DNA of 64,000 nt. Origin: Octopus vulgaris. Taxonomy: Eukaryota. Made by a program: the position numbers and the translations under genes. The notes beneath the pieces are model-generated. The model did no database searches. It saw nothing but the letters and a program-made list of their open reading frames with translations, and was not told the origin of the DNA. Shown here piece after piece: positions 25,005 through 39,492 of the stretch; the stretch's first letter is position 1, and every line of letters begins with the position of its first letter. Where the stretch lies: contig OX597833.1 in NCBI GenBank assembly GCA_951406725.2, forward strand, positions 15,562,001 to 15,626,000. The letters are read 5' to 3'.

Positions 25005-26600
25005 TTCAGACGGACCTGTTCAGGTGGGGAACCTACACGCCAATGAGTTCTGAGTTTGCACATTTTTTCTGATTTCAATCCTCAGGTCTTTAAAGTACTT
25101 GCTCAATGTTTCAAACGTTTTTAAATGTGTTTTTGCCGACTAGGCCAGAAGCATCACTGAGAAGACAATTTATTTCGATATGATTTTTCATAGTGAGATC
25201 AGGTGCGGTTGCTTCTAATTCTCGATCAGTTTAAATACTAAAATTCTAAAGGCATTCTTGGCAATTTGTGATGGTTTCTGTTCCCACCAACTGTTTTTGT
25301 AAGGGGGTTTGTATATGCAGCATATTGACCAGTGTATGCACTGTGCTACCCTGTGTTGCGTTTGCAAATATTCTCTTGGTGCCAATCTACGGCATACAGA
25401 GCCCATATGATCGGTTGCCTCTCGCACCTCGTTACATATCGGGCATGATGATCTGATTTAATATTTCAGGACGTTAGTTAATGTAGTAATGGTCTGGCCC
25501 TGAGCTGCAATGATATGCCCTTTTAATTTCAAGATTGAGACCAAAACATGATCGCCACCGATGAGTAAGGCCTTGATCTACATCAGGGCCTTTTATGCTA
25601 ATTTGGTATTTGTCAGGCAGTGGTCTTCGCTACCATTTCTTTTAAAATATTGGCAACTATTTTCTTTGGCTATGGTTTTTATTTTATTTGCCTTGTCTAT
25701 CGGTAACACATGTTTTCGGTCACACTAGTAGCATTTCTCTGAAGTATATTTTCGCGATTCTATTCATTGCGTGCATCCTTTTGGCATCTTGATGTTTCAG
25801 AACAAGTCGCTTCCTTGTTGTACGTAGGCAAGTAGGCCCATTGTTGCGATCTTCACTGAGATTTGAGATTCTATTAATCGCTGCAGGTCTTCTTTTCTCG
25901 GGACTTATATACTCTCTGTATGATATTGGTTTATGCATACGATGCATTGTCATCAACTCCCATATGTTGGCATCAGCTTAATTTATTTCAGAGAGCAACC
26001 ATATTGAAAGTGTAAGTGACTATAGGCATGGCCAATGTTTTATGGCCTCAATTTTGTCTCTAGCATTCACCTCTGTTTTCAGATTGGCCTTTACTCTCCA
26101 GTAGCCACCATTCTTAATCTCTTCGTCTTCAGTGAATGTTTAATCCCATTTTCTTCAAATAATCCTAGATAGTTATAACTGTCCCGAGGTTTTAATTCTT
26201 TTATCACAGTGTCTCTATCTAGGGTTGTTACGTTGGTAAATGTATGCTGGGCGCATTTGTAAAGTCCATATTCCATTTTGTTTGTATCAATAAATTTGCT
26301 TGACTGTATGTAGGAGTCTTTGGTGTCGCTAATCATGTTTTGCGAACAGTTTCAAGTTGCCTACACGGAGGAAATGATTAACTGTTTTTCGATAGGCACT
26401 ATATCTTTAATTTGTTTTCATTCTCGAGTTCACTTAGAGGAAAGAGTTCTAAGCAGAAAAAACAAGGGATACATTTGTCTCTGAAATATTTCTCAATTAA
26501 TATTGAGTTGTCCAAATAAATACTGGAGAGCAAAGAACTGAAGATGAGAAACCTAATGCAGAGGAAGCTTGAAAGTTTTGGGATAAACCAGTCAATCATA
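25005..26600 (-). mobile_element. Decayed R4/Dong-clade (restriction-like endonuclease) LINE
   Basis: Fragments MEYGLYKCA...IKELKPRDSYNYLG and LAPREYL...HRVAQCIHWSIC. Many stops and frameshifts. Confidence 0.75.
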
Positions 26601-27104
26601 AATGGAGATGAAGTATGATTAAAGAAAGGGAATGTAGAAGTAGTGAGTGAGAAGCAGCCAGATCTAAGATTAACTATTGCACTAATGACAGGCACAATAA
26701 CATTAGTTCGGCAACTTCTGCACTTTTGGAAAAAAGACTTGAAAACGTTCTGAATCTACTACATTCAGTCCTGAAATTGCATGAGAGGAAATATATTTGT
26801 GAGTTATTAATATCATACGCTGAAGGAATGAATAAAAGGACGTCATATTTACACAAAACTGTTTGACAGTTCTTTTTTCTTTTCTTTTTCTTTTCTATTT
26901 TACTCTTACTTTCGTTTTCTTTTTGCCAATTGAAGACTGATGTTGTCATTCTACCAACGTGAGAACACTGGTTGCCTCATTCGAATTTTGGATTTCAATT
27001 TCTATATATCACTTTACATTTTGAACTCAACAAACACGCACTAGCAGTCGAAATATCGTTCAACCAATAAAACATCTATTGCAATACCACTACTACTACA
27101 AATT

Positions 27105-28430
<1,326 letters not shown>

Positions 28431-28497
28431 TTGTTGTAGGTGCTATTGTAGTTGCTGCTGCTGCTACTGATGCTTATGCTGTTGCTGTTATTGTTAT

Positions 28498-28645
28498 TCC
28501 TCCGAGGTCGACTCTGCTTTTCATCCTTTCGGGGGTCAATAAATTAAGTAGCTGTAACAACACTGGGTTCGATGTAATCGATTAGTCCTCTCTCTCCCCC
28601 AAATGTCAGGCCTTGTGCATTTAGTAGAAATGATTATTATTATTT
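28498..28645 (+). mobile_element. Old SINE family B, 3' part with (TTA)n tail
   Basis: gaggtcgactctgcttttcatcctttcggggg...caggccttgtgc. Confidence 0.75.
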
Positions 28646-29684
28646 ATTTTTATTATTGTAATTTTTGTTGTCGTCGTTGTTTTTGTTGTTATTGTTAGTG
28701 ATGTCGACGTTGATAATGATGCTGGTGCTGCTGCTGTAGTCGGTTATGCTGAATGTTATTCAATGCATTCGTATTCTCTCATTTTCTATGGTTGGGAATC
28801 GTCCAATGTTTATTCTTATTTTATATTATTGTGTTAATCGTTGCTAAATATATGCATTGCCTTGTTTACTTGTCATACTTCATCTATTCTATTCATATTA
28901 GTTTTATTACAAATAGTTTCATGATGAAGTTATCTCAATATTTTAAAACCTCCTAAAGGCCTTGAGTTGAATGCCAAATGTTTTCACAATATACGTATCG
29001 ACAACATTATCAGAACTTTCTATCTTATGCTTTTACATAATCCTACTATCTTTGGGCCTTGGCTTCGTTGATCAATTGTTGTTTTATCAGCAAGACATTG
29101 CGTTGGTTTCTTTATAAATAATCAATTATTTTGTTTTTCATGATGGTTTTAACTCCCACCCGTGTATCTTTTCAGGGTTCGTGAACTCAAGTGCCAGTCT
29201 AGTACTAGGGTGAGGATAAACAACTAACACCCTCCTTGGAGATAAAAATTCGAGCCTTCTATCGAGCAAACATTATCCTTACTAAATAATAAATAAATTA
29301 CAATCTAGGTAATAGCTCAGATTCTATTGACTATATTCATATGTTGTAAATACATAATCTAATTGGCTAATCGCGACGCAAGCGCCCGTCCCGACAATGT
29401 CAGTCTATATATCGCTGGCAGTGAGATGGATCGCTGCTATCTCAAGCGTTTGAGCGCCCATCATTAGCAAGGTCAGAGATGGTCGAACTCAAATGATCTG
29501 GTGGTCTTGTCGCTAGAAGTAGCAGGATGTTTTCTCAACGCTAACAATATCAACAAGAGTGTATTTTACGCCAGAAAGCTAATATGAGAGTTTCTTTCAT
29601 TGTATCTACCGCAGATTGTTTGGTCTAATAGAACATCCACGTTCCAATGGGGATAAATCTTTATCCCTATTTTTTAAAGAAAAG

Positions 29685-30015
29685 GTGCATGCTTCAGTGG
29701 TTAAAGCGCCGGGTTCACATACATGAAATAGTATATTCGATTCCTGGACTGGGCTGTACGTTGTGTTCTTGAGCAAGACACTTTATTTCACGTTGTTGCA
29801 GTTCACTCAGCTGTAGAAATGAGTTGCGACGTCACTGGTGCCAAGCTGTATCGACCTTTGCCTTTCCCTTCGATATCATCAGTGACGTTGTGTGGAGAAG
29901 CTGATATGCATGGACAACTGCTGATCTTCCATGAACAACCCTGCCTGGACTTGTGTTACGGAGGGAACATTTCTAGGTGCTATCCCATGGATATTCATGA
30001 CTGAAAGCGGTCTTT
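29685..30015 (+). mobile_element. Diverged tRNA-derived CORE-like SINE (family E)
   Basis: cagtggttaaag, ttcgattcctggac, gtgttcttgagcaagacacttt, ttcactcagctgtagaaatgagt. Confidence 0.7.
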
Positions 30016-30089
30016 TGATTTACTTTCTTTTCTAATATTTAGGATGATATTGTTTTCCACTATTAAAGTAATACGATTACGAAATATTT

Positions 30090-30570
30090 ATTTCTTTACT
30101 ACCCACAAGGGGCTAAACACAGAGGGGACAAACAAGGACAGACAAACGGATTAAGTCGATTATATCGACTCCAGTGCGTAACTGGTACTTATTTAATCGA
30201 CCCGGAAAGGATGAAAGCAAAGTTGACCTCGGCGGAATTTGAACTCAGAACATAGTGGCGGACGAAATACCTATTTCTTTACTACCCACAAAGGACTAAA
30301 CACAGAGAGGACAAACAAGGACAGACAAGCAGATTAAGTCGATTATATCGAACCCAGTTCGTAAATGGTACTTATTTAATCGACCCCGAGAGGATGAAAG
30401 GCAAAGTCGACCTCGGAGGAATTTGAACTCAGAACATAGTGGCAGACGAAATGCCTATTTCTTTACTACCCACAAGGGGCTAAACACAGAGGGGACAAAC
30501 AAGGACAGACAAGTTGTTTAAGTCGATTATATCGACCCCAGTGCGTAACTGGTACTTATTTAATCGACCC
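30090..30570 (-). mobile_element. SINE family B tandem array (~2.6 units, 5'-truncated)
   Basis: Junctions gaaat(a/g)cctatttc at ~30270 and ~30453. Confidence 0.9.
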
Positions 30571-30903
30571 TTAAACTTGCGCACACACACATGCGCAGAC
30601 ATTCACACACACATGCACATACATGCATACACTTGTACGCACAGAAAAAAATAAACAATCCGAGAGAATGAGACACAGGGATATTCCAATTCATTAAATG
30701 AACACGATTTGCGTAAAGACATCCCCTTTTTTCATAGGTATGAAGAGAAAAAGGCCCACATGTAAAGAGAGAGAACGAACGTGAAGCGAGAGTGAGTGAG
30801 AGAGAAAGCTAGAAAAGACAGAAAAAGAAAAATAAAAGAACGAGAGAAAGAAAGAAAATAAAGACAGAGGAAGAAGTACGGGGGGCGACGAGTGAAAACT
30901 AAA

Positions 30904-31302
30904 TAGGCGCTAGAGTGGCTGTGTGGTAAGTAGCTTGCTTACTAACCACATGGATCCGGGTTCAATCCCACTGCATGGCACCTTGGGCATGTGTCTTCTA
31001 CCATAGCCTCGGGTCGAACAAAACCTTGTGAGTGGATTTGGTAGACGGAAACTGAAAAGAAGCCCGTCATATAAATGTATATGTCTATATATATATATGT
31101 GTGCGTATGCTTGTGTGTCTGTGCTTGACAACCGATGCTGGTGTGCTTACGTCCCCGTAATTTAGCGGTTCGGCAAAAGAGACCGATAGAATAAGTACTT
31201 GGCTTACAAAGAATAAGTCCTGGGGTCGATTTGCTCGACTAAAGGCGGTGCTCCAGCATGGCCACAGCCAAATGACTGAAACAAGTAAAAGAGTAAAGAG
31301 TA
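30904..31302 (+). mobile_element. SINE family A
   Basis: Full structure. Confidence 0.9.
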
Positions 31303-31795
31303 TGTCTAATATGTTAACGTCGAACGAACGGAAATATCTCTGAATATTCAGACCGGAATTGAATAAAGTTCGCTAGACTTACGATATCAACAACTTAGTG
31401 AATATTTTGGGAGACCAACATCTCATTCTTCTTCTATTATATTTTGAATCATTCGGTATTTGTAAATAATCGATTAGTCAGCCTATAATTACCAGACAAC
31501 TTTCAGCTTAATCATCGCAAATTAAACTCCATCAATTATTAATTATCGTGTTTCCTATTCTTAATGAAAACTCTTGAATTATAAATGAGTGTATCTAGAA
31601 TTTTTCTGACGCTTTTTACTCCAATTTAGTGAATATAGATATTACACTCAAGCAAATAACACCGTATTTTCCTGCAATTAATGTAGATACACTTAATACA
31701 TTCTAATCGATGTATAATGCACAGACACAGTGTTTTCTATACTAGCACAGATTTATGTTATTCGCATAAATGCATTTACCGTCTTAAAACACACC

Positions 31796-32397
31796 TATTT
31801 CTTTACTACCCACAAGGGGCTATCACAGAGGGGACAAACAAGGACAGACAAACGGATTAAGTCGATTATATCGACCCTAGTGGCGTAACTGGTACTTAAT
31901 TTATCGACTCCGAAAGGATGAAAGGCAAAGTCGACCTCGGAGGAATTTGAACTCAGAACCTAACGGCAGACGAAATACATATTTTGTTTACTACTCACAA
32001 GGGGCTAAACACAGAGGGGACAAACAAGGACAGACAAACGGATTAAGTCGATTATATCGACAGCAGTATGTAACTGGTACTTAATTTATCGAATCCGAAA
32101 GGATGAATGGCAAAGTCGACCTCGGAGGAATTTGAACTCAGAACCTAACGGCAGACGAAATACCTATTTCTTTACTACCCACAAGGGGCTAAACATAAAG
32201 GAAACAAACAAGGACAGACAAAGGGATTAAGTCGATTACATCGACCGTAGTGCGTAACTGGTACTTATTTAATCGACCCCGAAAGGATGAAAGGTAAAGT
32301 CGACCTCGGCGGAATTTGAACACAGAACGTAACGGCAGACGAAATACGGCTACGCATTTCGCCCGGCGTGCTAACGATTCTGCCAGCTCGCCGCCCT
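31796..32397 (-). mobile_element. SINE family B tandem array (3 units)
   Basis: One head plus three bodies. TSD ccgtcttaaa(a/g)ca(c/t)acc at 31779-31795 and 32398-32414. Confidence 0.92.
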
Positions 32398-32479
32398 CCG
32401 TCTTAAAGCATACCGTTACCATACAGTAGAAAATTCTGTAATATATGGTTAGTCAAAATTATTCCTATGGTGCATAGAG

Positions 32480-32690
32480 CAGGTTTCCGGGTTCCTCTGG
32501 CGTATATATTCCTACACAGACAGAACGCCATCCCGTCGCAGGATTACACATTTTTACCAAGTCACCGGATTAAAGCAATTTGAAATGAAGTTTTGTTCAA
32601 GAACATAACACACCACCCAATTCAGGAATTGAACCTAACATTTTATGTCGTTAGTCCAACACCCTAACCACTAAGCTAAGCGTCTCGACT
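32480..32690 (-). mobile_element. Diverged SINE family D
   Basis: caccctaaccactaagc, tgaaatgaagtttttgttcaagaac. Confidence 0.65.
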
Positions 32691-32759
32691 TCTTCCCATA
32701 TTACTCAATAATTGAAAATGCAGAGGTTCACTTACTACATTAAAACAAATCAATATATC

Positions 32760-33190
32760 GATGCAGGAATGGCTGTGTGGTAAGTAGCTTGCTTACCAAC
32801 CACATGGTTCCGGGTTCAGTCCCACTGCATGGTACCTTGGGCGAGTGTCTTCTACTATAACCTCGGGCCGTCCAAAGCCTTGTGAGTGGATTTAGGAGAC
32901 GGAAACTGAAAGAAGCCCGTCGTATATGTATATATATATATACGTGTCTGTGTGTGTGTCTGTGTCTGTGTGAGTGTGTGTGGGTGTATGTATGCATGTA
33001 TGTATATGTTTGTGTATCTGTGTTTGTCCACCCCATCATCGCTTGACGTACCTTAGCGGTTCGGCAAAAGAAACCGATAGAATAAGTACTTGGCTTATAA
33101 ATAATAAATCCCGAGGTCGATCTGTTCGACTAAAGGTGTTGCACCAGCATGACCGCAGTAAAATGACTGAAACAAATAAAAGAATGAAGA
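32760..33190 (+). mobile_element. SINE family A
   Basis: Head, microsatellite and tail present. Small internal deletion. Confidence 0.85.
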
Positions 33191-33387
33191 CTATACGCTG
33201 CCAGTTTGTTTTAGCACTCGCACGAAAAAAATCATGTAGTGTTGTTGCTGCTTAGTTATATTTCGTCCGAGTTCAAATTCCGTCACGGACTACTTTATCA
33301 TTAATGCTTTCAGAATCGATGAGATAAGAACCAGTTGTAATCGATATGTCTCAAATTTCAGGCCCTGTGCGATAGTTAAAAGGATTG

Positions 33388-33458
<71 letters not shown>

Positions 33459-33460
<2 letters not shown>

Positions 33461-33825
33461 ATAGTTTTGTTTTTATAACGTGCTTTCACTTCACTACCGA
33501 GCGCAGTTCTGTGTGCCTTGGGTATGTGCTGTGATTTGTTGTGATGCTCTTATGCTTACTGTATTGAAAGTGTTTTGCGTAGGATATGTGCAGTGCCTTG
33601 TAGTGCAATTTTCTGTATGTTATATGTGTTTGTGAGTCATGGTGTTTTTGTTATGTATTTGTCTGAATATTTTTTTTTATCATACCTAATGTGCCTACAA
33701 TGAAAGGAATTGTTTCTGTTTTTCGATTCAACATTCGAGTTACCTCTATTTCCAGGTCTTTGTATTTTGAAAGTTTCTCCATTTCTTTTAGAGACACGTT
33801 GTCATCTGCTGGTATTGATACATAA
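33459..33825 (-). mobile_element. R4/Dong-clade LINE 3' fragment inserted in (TAA)n
   Basis: Translation VSIPADDNVSLKEMEKLSKYKDLEIEV...IPFIVGTLG...GTAHILRK fits the end of an RLE domain. (TTA)n on both sides. Confidence 0.88.
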
Positions 33826-33873
<48 letters not shown>

Positions 33874-34159
33874 AACGGGAGTCCTAAATGCGTCAAATAA
33901 ATGCCTTGCGTTATATATTCGTATTAATCTGTTGGAGGACAACGACACCTAGAAAGAATCACAGAGCATATTCCCATGCGAAATGCAGCAGAAGTGCGGC
34001 ACAAGCAGAGGGCAGGCAACTTAGATGCCATGACCATATCAGAGCGTTATTCCCACAAAAGTAAAAGAACAGGAAATTGTAAAGTTGGGCACCGCTACAA
34101 CCAACAATATCGCCGCAGTTAAAGAAGCATTATCAACATTAGCGTCAAGGAAAACAGGG

Positions 34160-34300
34160 GTTAAACATAAAGGGGACAAATAAGGACAGATAAAGGGATT
34201 AAATTGATAACATCGACCCCCAGTGCGTAACTGGTACTTAATTTATCGATCCCGAATGGATGAGAGGGAAAGTCGACCCCGGCGAATTTGAACTCAGTAA
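34160..34300 (-). mobile_element. SINE family B fragment
   Basis: Matches B body and tail. Confidence 0.8.
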
Positions 34301-34509
34301 TAGCATCTTGGCGAACATAAATAATGACAAGAAAAGCAGCTGTATTCACCGCAGAAACTTGAAACTGCAAAAACTGTAGGGGAAACATTAATGTCAAATT
34401 CATCAATATCAGCAATTGAGAGGCATAAATGGTGACTTACATAAATATTTGTGATCCAGTGGACATTACAAACTTGCAGTCTTTTTCTTCCTCTATTCCC
34501 GTCAAAATC

Positions 34510-34700
34510 ACAGAACTACGACATGGGAGAGTTGTGATAGAATATGCGGAAGATGTCTCCGACATGGCGTCAGAAACCAAACACAACGTTCTGATCGGTA
34601 CTGCACTGGGAGCGTACAAAGCATTGACAGGGCAAAAATTACGCAGAAAAATTCGGTGATCCTGTTAGAAAGAGTAGGACAGGGCCATGACAACCGACAT
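34510..34700 (+). pseudogene. Decayed Tx1/L1 reverse transcriptase fragment
   Basis: YAEDVS...IGTALGAYKALTG followed by a frameshifted K(I)TQKNSV, resembling the YADD...G.K.N..KS region. Confidence 0.55.
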
Positions 34701-34776
34701 TTAATTGAAGTATCCAGTCATTACATAAATTTAAATGCAGTTTATGAGACAATGGCTTAAAATTAATAGATAGTAT

Positions 34777-35192
34777 ACTCTTTACTCTTTTACTCTTTTA
34801 CTTGTTTCAGTCATTTGACTGCGGCCATGCTGGAGCACCGCCTTTAATCGAGGAACTCGACCCCGGGACTTATTCTTTGTAAGCCCAGTACTTATTCTAT
34901 CGGTCTCTTTTTGCCGAACCGCTAAGTAACGGGGACATAAACACACCAGCATCGGTTGTCAAGCAATGCTAGGGGACAAACACAGACACACAAACACACA
35001 CACGCATATATATATATACATATATACGACGGGCTTCTTTCAGTTTCCGTCTACCAAATCCACTCACAAGGCTTTGGTCGGCCCGAGGCTATAGTAAAAG
35101 GCACTTGCCCAAGGTGCCACGCAGTGGGACTGAACCCGGAACCATGTGGTTGATAGACAAGCTACTTACCACACAGCCACTCCTGCGCCTAT
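34777..35192 (-). mobile_element. SINE family A
   Basis: Full structure with (tactcttt)n tail. Confidence 0.92.
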
Positions 35193-35893
35193 TGCATGTA
35201 TATCTTTTCATATATACCACATGTATGTGCCTTGAGCAGGCTTTATAGATAGCACCTAATTTTTGTTCCCCTTACTTTGAGCTGTGCGGATTATACCGGA
35301 CTGACTTGGTGCTTCAACTTAAGTACCTAATTCAACAGAATCTTAATTATTTCTATGTATATTCTTTAACTTTTCGAACTCATATCCGGTGGTTTGCGGT
35401 GGCTCGAATTTACCGGTCTGTTCTCATAAACTCTGTGCATGCCATTTCAATTCAAAACTTAAATGTATAGATAGAGGTTGACACATTATTCTTGCCGGTC
35501 GGGATACATGTAAGCTTCTAGGTAAGGTGTATTGATTATTATCAATAGGAATATTCACCTGGTGCGACGATTGGGACCCTTAATATGTTCCTAACGTCCA
35601 AATTGCAAGAGGGAATTAAACATTTACTTTTAAGTTGTGGATGCTATATGTCATGTCACCCACAGAGAGCTTTTATCGTGAAGAGAAATAATATGCGATA
35701 ACAGTGGTGTTATAGCAGTTTTGACTGCTATTTCTAGATATGTAAGGGTTTTTGAAACCCTCTTAATTATAATTTTGACTTGTTCATAATTATAAACATT
35801 CTTCTCCTATGCATTTTATGATAACATGTTTGACCATTGGTATGCCCATAACTATTGTGTATGATATATCATCCGTACTGTATTACTGCATTA

Positions 35894-35992
<99 letters not shown>

Positions 35993-36026
35993 ATATGTAT
36001 ATATATGTATGTATATATATGTTTAT

Positions 36027-36107
<81 letters not shown>

Positions 36108-36127
36108 GTATGTATGTATGTATATAT

Positions 36128-36940
36128 AAATTAGAAAACCACCTTTTATCCAATTCAATAATGAAAGATTAAGTTATACCATTTATAAAAATTACATATT
36201 ATAAAAGATTAAATATAAGATAAAACATATAACAATGATTAAGCAATGTGCAAAATAATAAATAAAACGTATATATTTGGTATATATTTACTTTTTATTT
36301 ATTATTTTGTACATTACTTAATCATTAATAAATCTCTGAACGAGATGTAAACAGTAACCGCTCGACAATGTAAAGTATAATAGCCATCTCAATATGGCTA
36401 ACCACAAAGGGAGGGTGTTACTGAAGCTTTTAGCCCCAGGAGATCATCGTCTCCAGCTGCCTTTAGGCACACTATCTGTGCCCTTATGGTATTTGCAAAG
36501 GGAGGTCATCCCTTTCTCGTAAGCCTAAGTGATACGCACGGACCGCAGTTTCGAGGTAGTTGCCTGTTGTCAACGGGCGGTAATCACCGGTTTACGATGA
36601 AAAGGAAGACCTTGTATGCAAATACTTAAGTGTTTTTCTAGTAACTTCCGTCACTGATTTCGAAAAACTGTCTGCAAGCAATAATATATCTTGCACATAC
36701 CATAAGGGCACAGATAGTGTGCCTAAAGCCAGCTGGAGACGATGATCTCCTGGGGCTAAAAGCTTCAGTAACACTCACCCTATGTGGTTAGCCATACTGA
36801 GATGGCTATTATACTTTACATATACTTAATCATTGTTATATGTTTTATCTTATATTTAATCTTTCTATAAGATGTAATTTTTCTAAATGGTATAATTTAA
36901 TTTTTCATTATTGAATTGATAAAAGGTGGTTTTTCCTAAT

Positions 36941-36946
<6 letters not shown>
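36128..36946. mobile_element. Nested inverted-repeat cassette in (TA)n, probably PLE-derived
   Basis: Outer IR ~36128-36245/36825-36946, inner IR ~36368-36497/36690-36822, small IR ~36235-36328. (TA)n on both sides. Confidence 0.75.
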
Positions 36947-37013
<67 letters not shown>

Positions 37014-38179
37014 TTTGTGAAATTTGATTTCGTATTTCTAAATTGTGTTTGTGCTTATTTTGGGTATATATGTTTATGTACATTACTGTGTATATGCATT
37101 TGTATGTAAGAATACTTTTATATTGTGTCCTTGAATGTTTGTACAGAGGTGTATCTTGGTATATGAGGATTTAACTCCGCAATGATGTAGGAACTTTATG
37201 CATGCCCTTCTCCTTCTGTAAAATAGACATAAAAGCCATTGTCTTCTGGTATTGATGTGAGTTAAATAGAGTAAGTAGGAAATATTCATTGAGTCGTTAT
37301 TCTAAACAAACGTAAATCGTAGTAAACTCCATTTCACTTGAATTGTCCTGCTGAAAATCAAAGAGAACATCTTCAACTTTTACCTCACTTTTACCTTACA
37401 GAAGTTTGATTATTGTATTTATCGATTCGTAACGAAAGCTAATGGTATTTTGCTCTCAGCTTTTCTGTTGAAGCGGGCTAATATAAAAGAATTAACTCAT
37501 GCCCGAGTCTAAGGTTACACAAACCATTGATTCTCACTTTGTAATGTTCAAATGTCGAGAAGTTATCAAACCTCAGCGTTATTATTTGGGCTGCCTAGGC
37601 AAAAATACTATAATTTTCTGAGATGCAGAAAGGAGGGGATATAAATATGCGTGTTTCTGCCGAGAAGGAAATATCGGCTTGAAGTAAGTTTCTCGTTTAC
37701 TCTAGGGCTTAACACGTGTTCAATATTAATATCGATTTCTTTCGTTGGACTTGTATTTCAAGAGAAATAATAGTTGATTGGACAAACATCAGTGCATAGG
37801 TCATAGCAATTTATATATTTTATCGACCTGAGAGAGATAAAAGGAAAAGTTGACATCGGCTGGATTTCCTTACGAAACTTTGGTGAAGGGAAATTATATT
37901 ATATTAAATCTATGTTTGTGTTGTGCATTAGCGATGCATTCAACCATCAATTTCTCGCATAAGCTCTCTTCACTTGCAGCCATAATTTAACCGTGAGAAA
38001 CCTCCACATTCTATCCGTATATGATGCCGCTTCTGCTCCCAGCACATTGTCAATAAGATGTGTAATGAAATAGGTGTAGCGAACGGACCAATGGGCAGGT
38101 ACTGAGCGGAAATAAGTGCATACGCATTCCATACGAACACAAACAAATAACACACCTGTAGATTCATGCACACATACGT

Positions 38180-38230
<51 letters not shown>

Positions 38231-38263
38231 CATACATGCATACATAAATACATGTATATATAC

Positions 38264-38341
<78 letters not shown>

Positions 38342-38821
38342 ATGTATTGTCTGTCTCACCACTACCGCTTCAAAGCTGATGTTGGTTTGTTTGATAGGGG
38401 TTCGCACCCGCTGCTAGCAATGTACATGTATACACTGGGTACACTAGGGTGCAGTGTCGCAGCGATACACAGCTGGCAGAAGATTTGCCTAGGTTTAAAC
38501 AAGTGATAACATGGCACAACCTCTTTGATGTGGTGGTTAACTTTAAGGCCGTGCTCCAGCATGGCCGCAGCCAAACTGACCAAAACAAGTAAAAGAATAT
38601 AAGAACAAAAGAGTACATCCCCCTAATCAAGCAGTTCAGCGAAATCCGACAGATATAACTGCTACCAGGCTTACTAATGTGTACTGCGGTTTGATCGCTT
38701 CATCAAAACGTTTCTAGGCGGTGCCCCGACAGAGCCACACTTCAGAAACGTAATAGAACAGCCACTTTGATGTGGCGATTAAATTCACTTGTTAGTATAG
38801 TTACTAGTCTGAGCCCTTCTC

Positions 38822-39215
38822 ATTTTTTTATTGCCCACAAGGAGCTAAACACAGAGGGGACAAACAAGGACAGACACAGGGATTAAGTCGATTACATCGA
38901 CCCTAGTGCGTAACTGGTACTTAATTTATTGACCCCGAAAGGATGAAAGGCAAAGTCGACCTCGGCGGAATTTGAACTCAGAACGTAACGGCAGACGAAA
39001 TACCTATTTCTTTACTACCCACAAGGGGCTAAACATAGAGAGGACAAACAAGGACAGACAAACGGATTAAGTCGATTATCTCGACCCCAGTGCGTAACTG
39101 GTACTTAATTTATCGACCCCGTAACGACGAAAGGCAAAGTCGACCTTGACGCAATTTGAACTCGAACGTAACGGCAGACGAAATACCGCTAAGAATTTCG
39201 CCCGGCGTGCTAACG
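38822..39215 (-). mobile_element. SINE family B tandem array (2 units) with scrambled 5' end
   Basis: Junction gaaatacctatttc at ~39003. Confidence 0.88.
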
Positions 39216-39443
39216 TAGAGAGGACAAACAAGGACAGCTCGATTATCTCGCCCTCTTCTTGATATATTACAACCAGCAAAGTATTTTGCTTGTTGCAAAC
39301 CAATGACCTGGCTATTGCGCTGGTGCCAGCTCGCCGCCCTCTTCTTGATAAATTACAACTCTAAACTCTTCTTGATATATTACAACCAGCTATTTTGCTT
39401 GTTGCAAACCAATGACCTGGCTATTGCGCTGGTGACCAGGTAC

Positions 39444-39492
39444 TCGCAACTGAAGATGATCGAACCAACTAGAAACGGAGTCCGTCTCGCGA
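39444..39492 (+). ncRNA. Type I hammerhead ribozyme motif, partly decayed
   Basis: tcgcaa-CTGAAGA-[weak stem II]-GAAAC-ggagtcc-GTC-tcgcga. Stem I pairs 5/6, stem III is acgga/tccgt. Confidence 0.6.

Noticed and set aside
36740-36790. Possible SECIS element (ATGA...AAA loop), considered because some Naiad PLEs encode selenoproteins
   Set aside because: Loop too short and the 3' GA of the quartet is missing.
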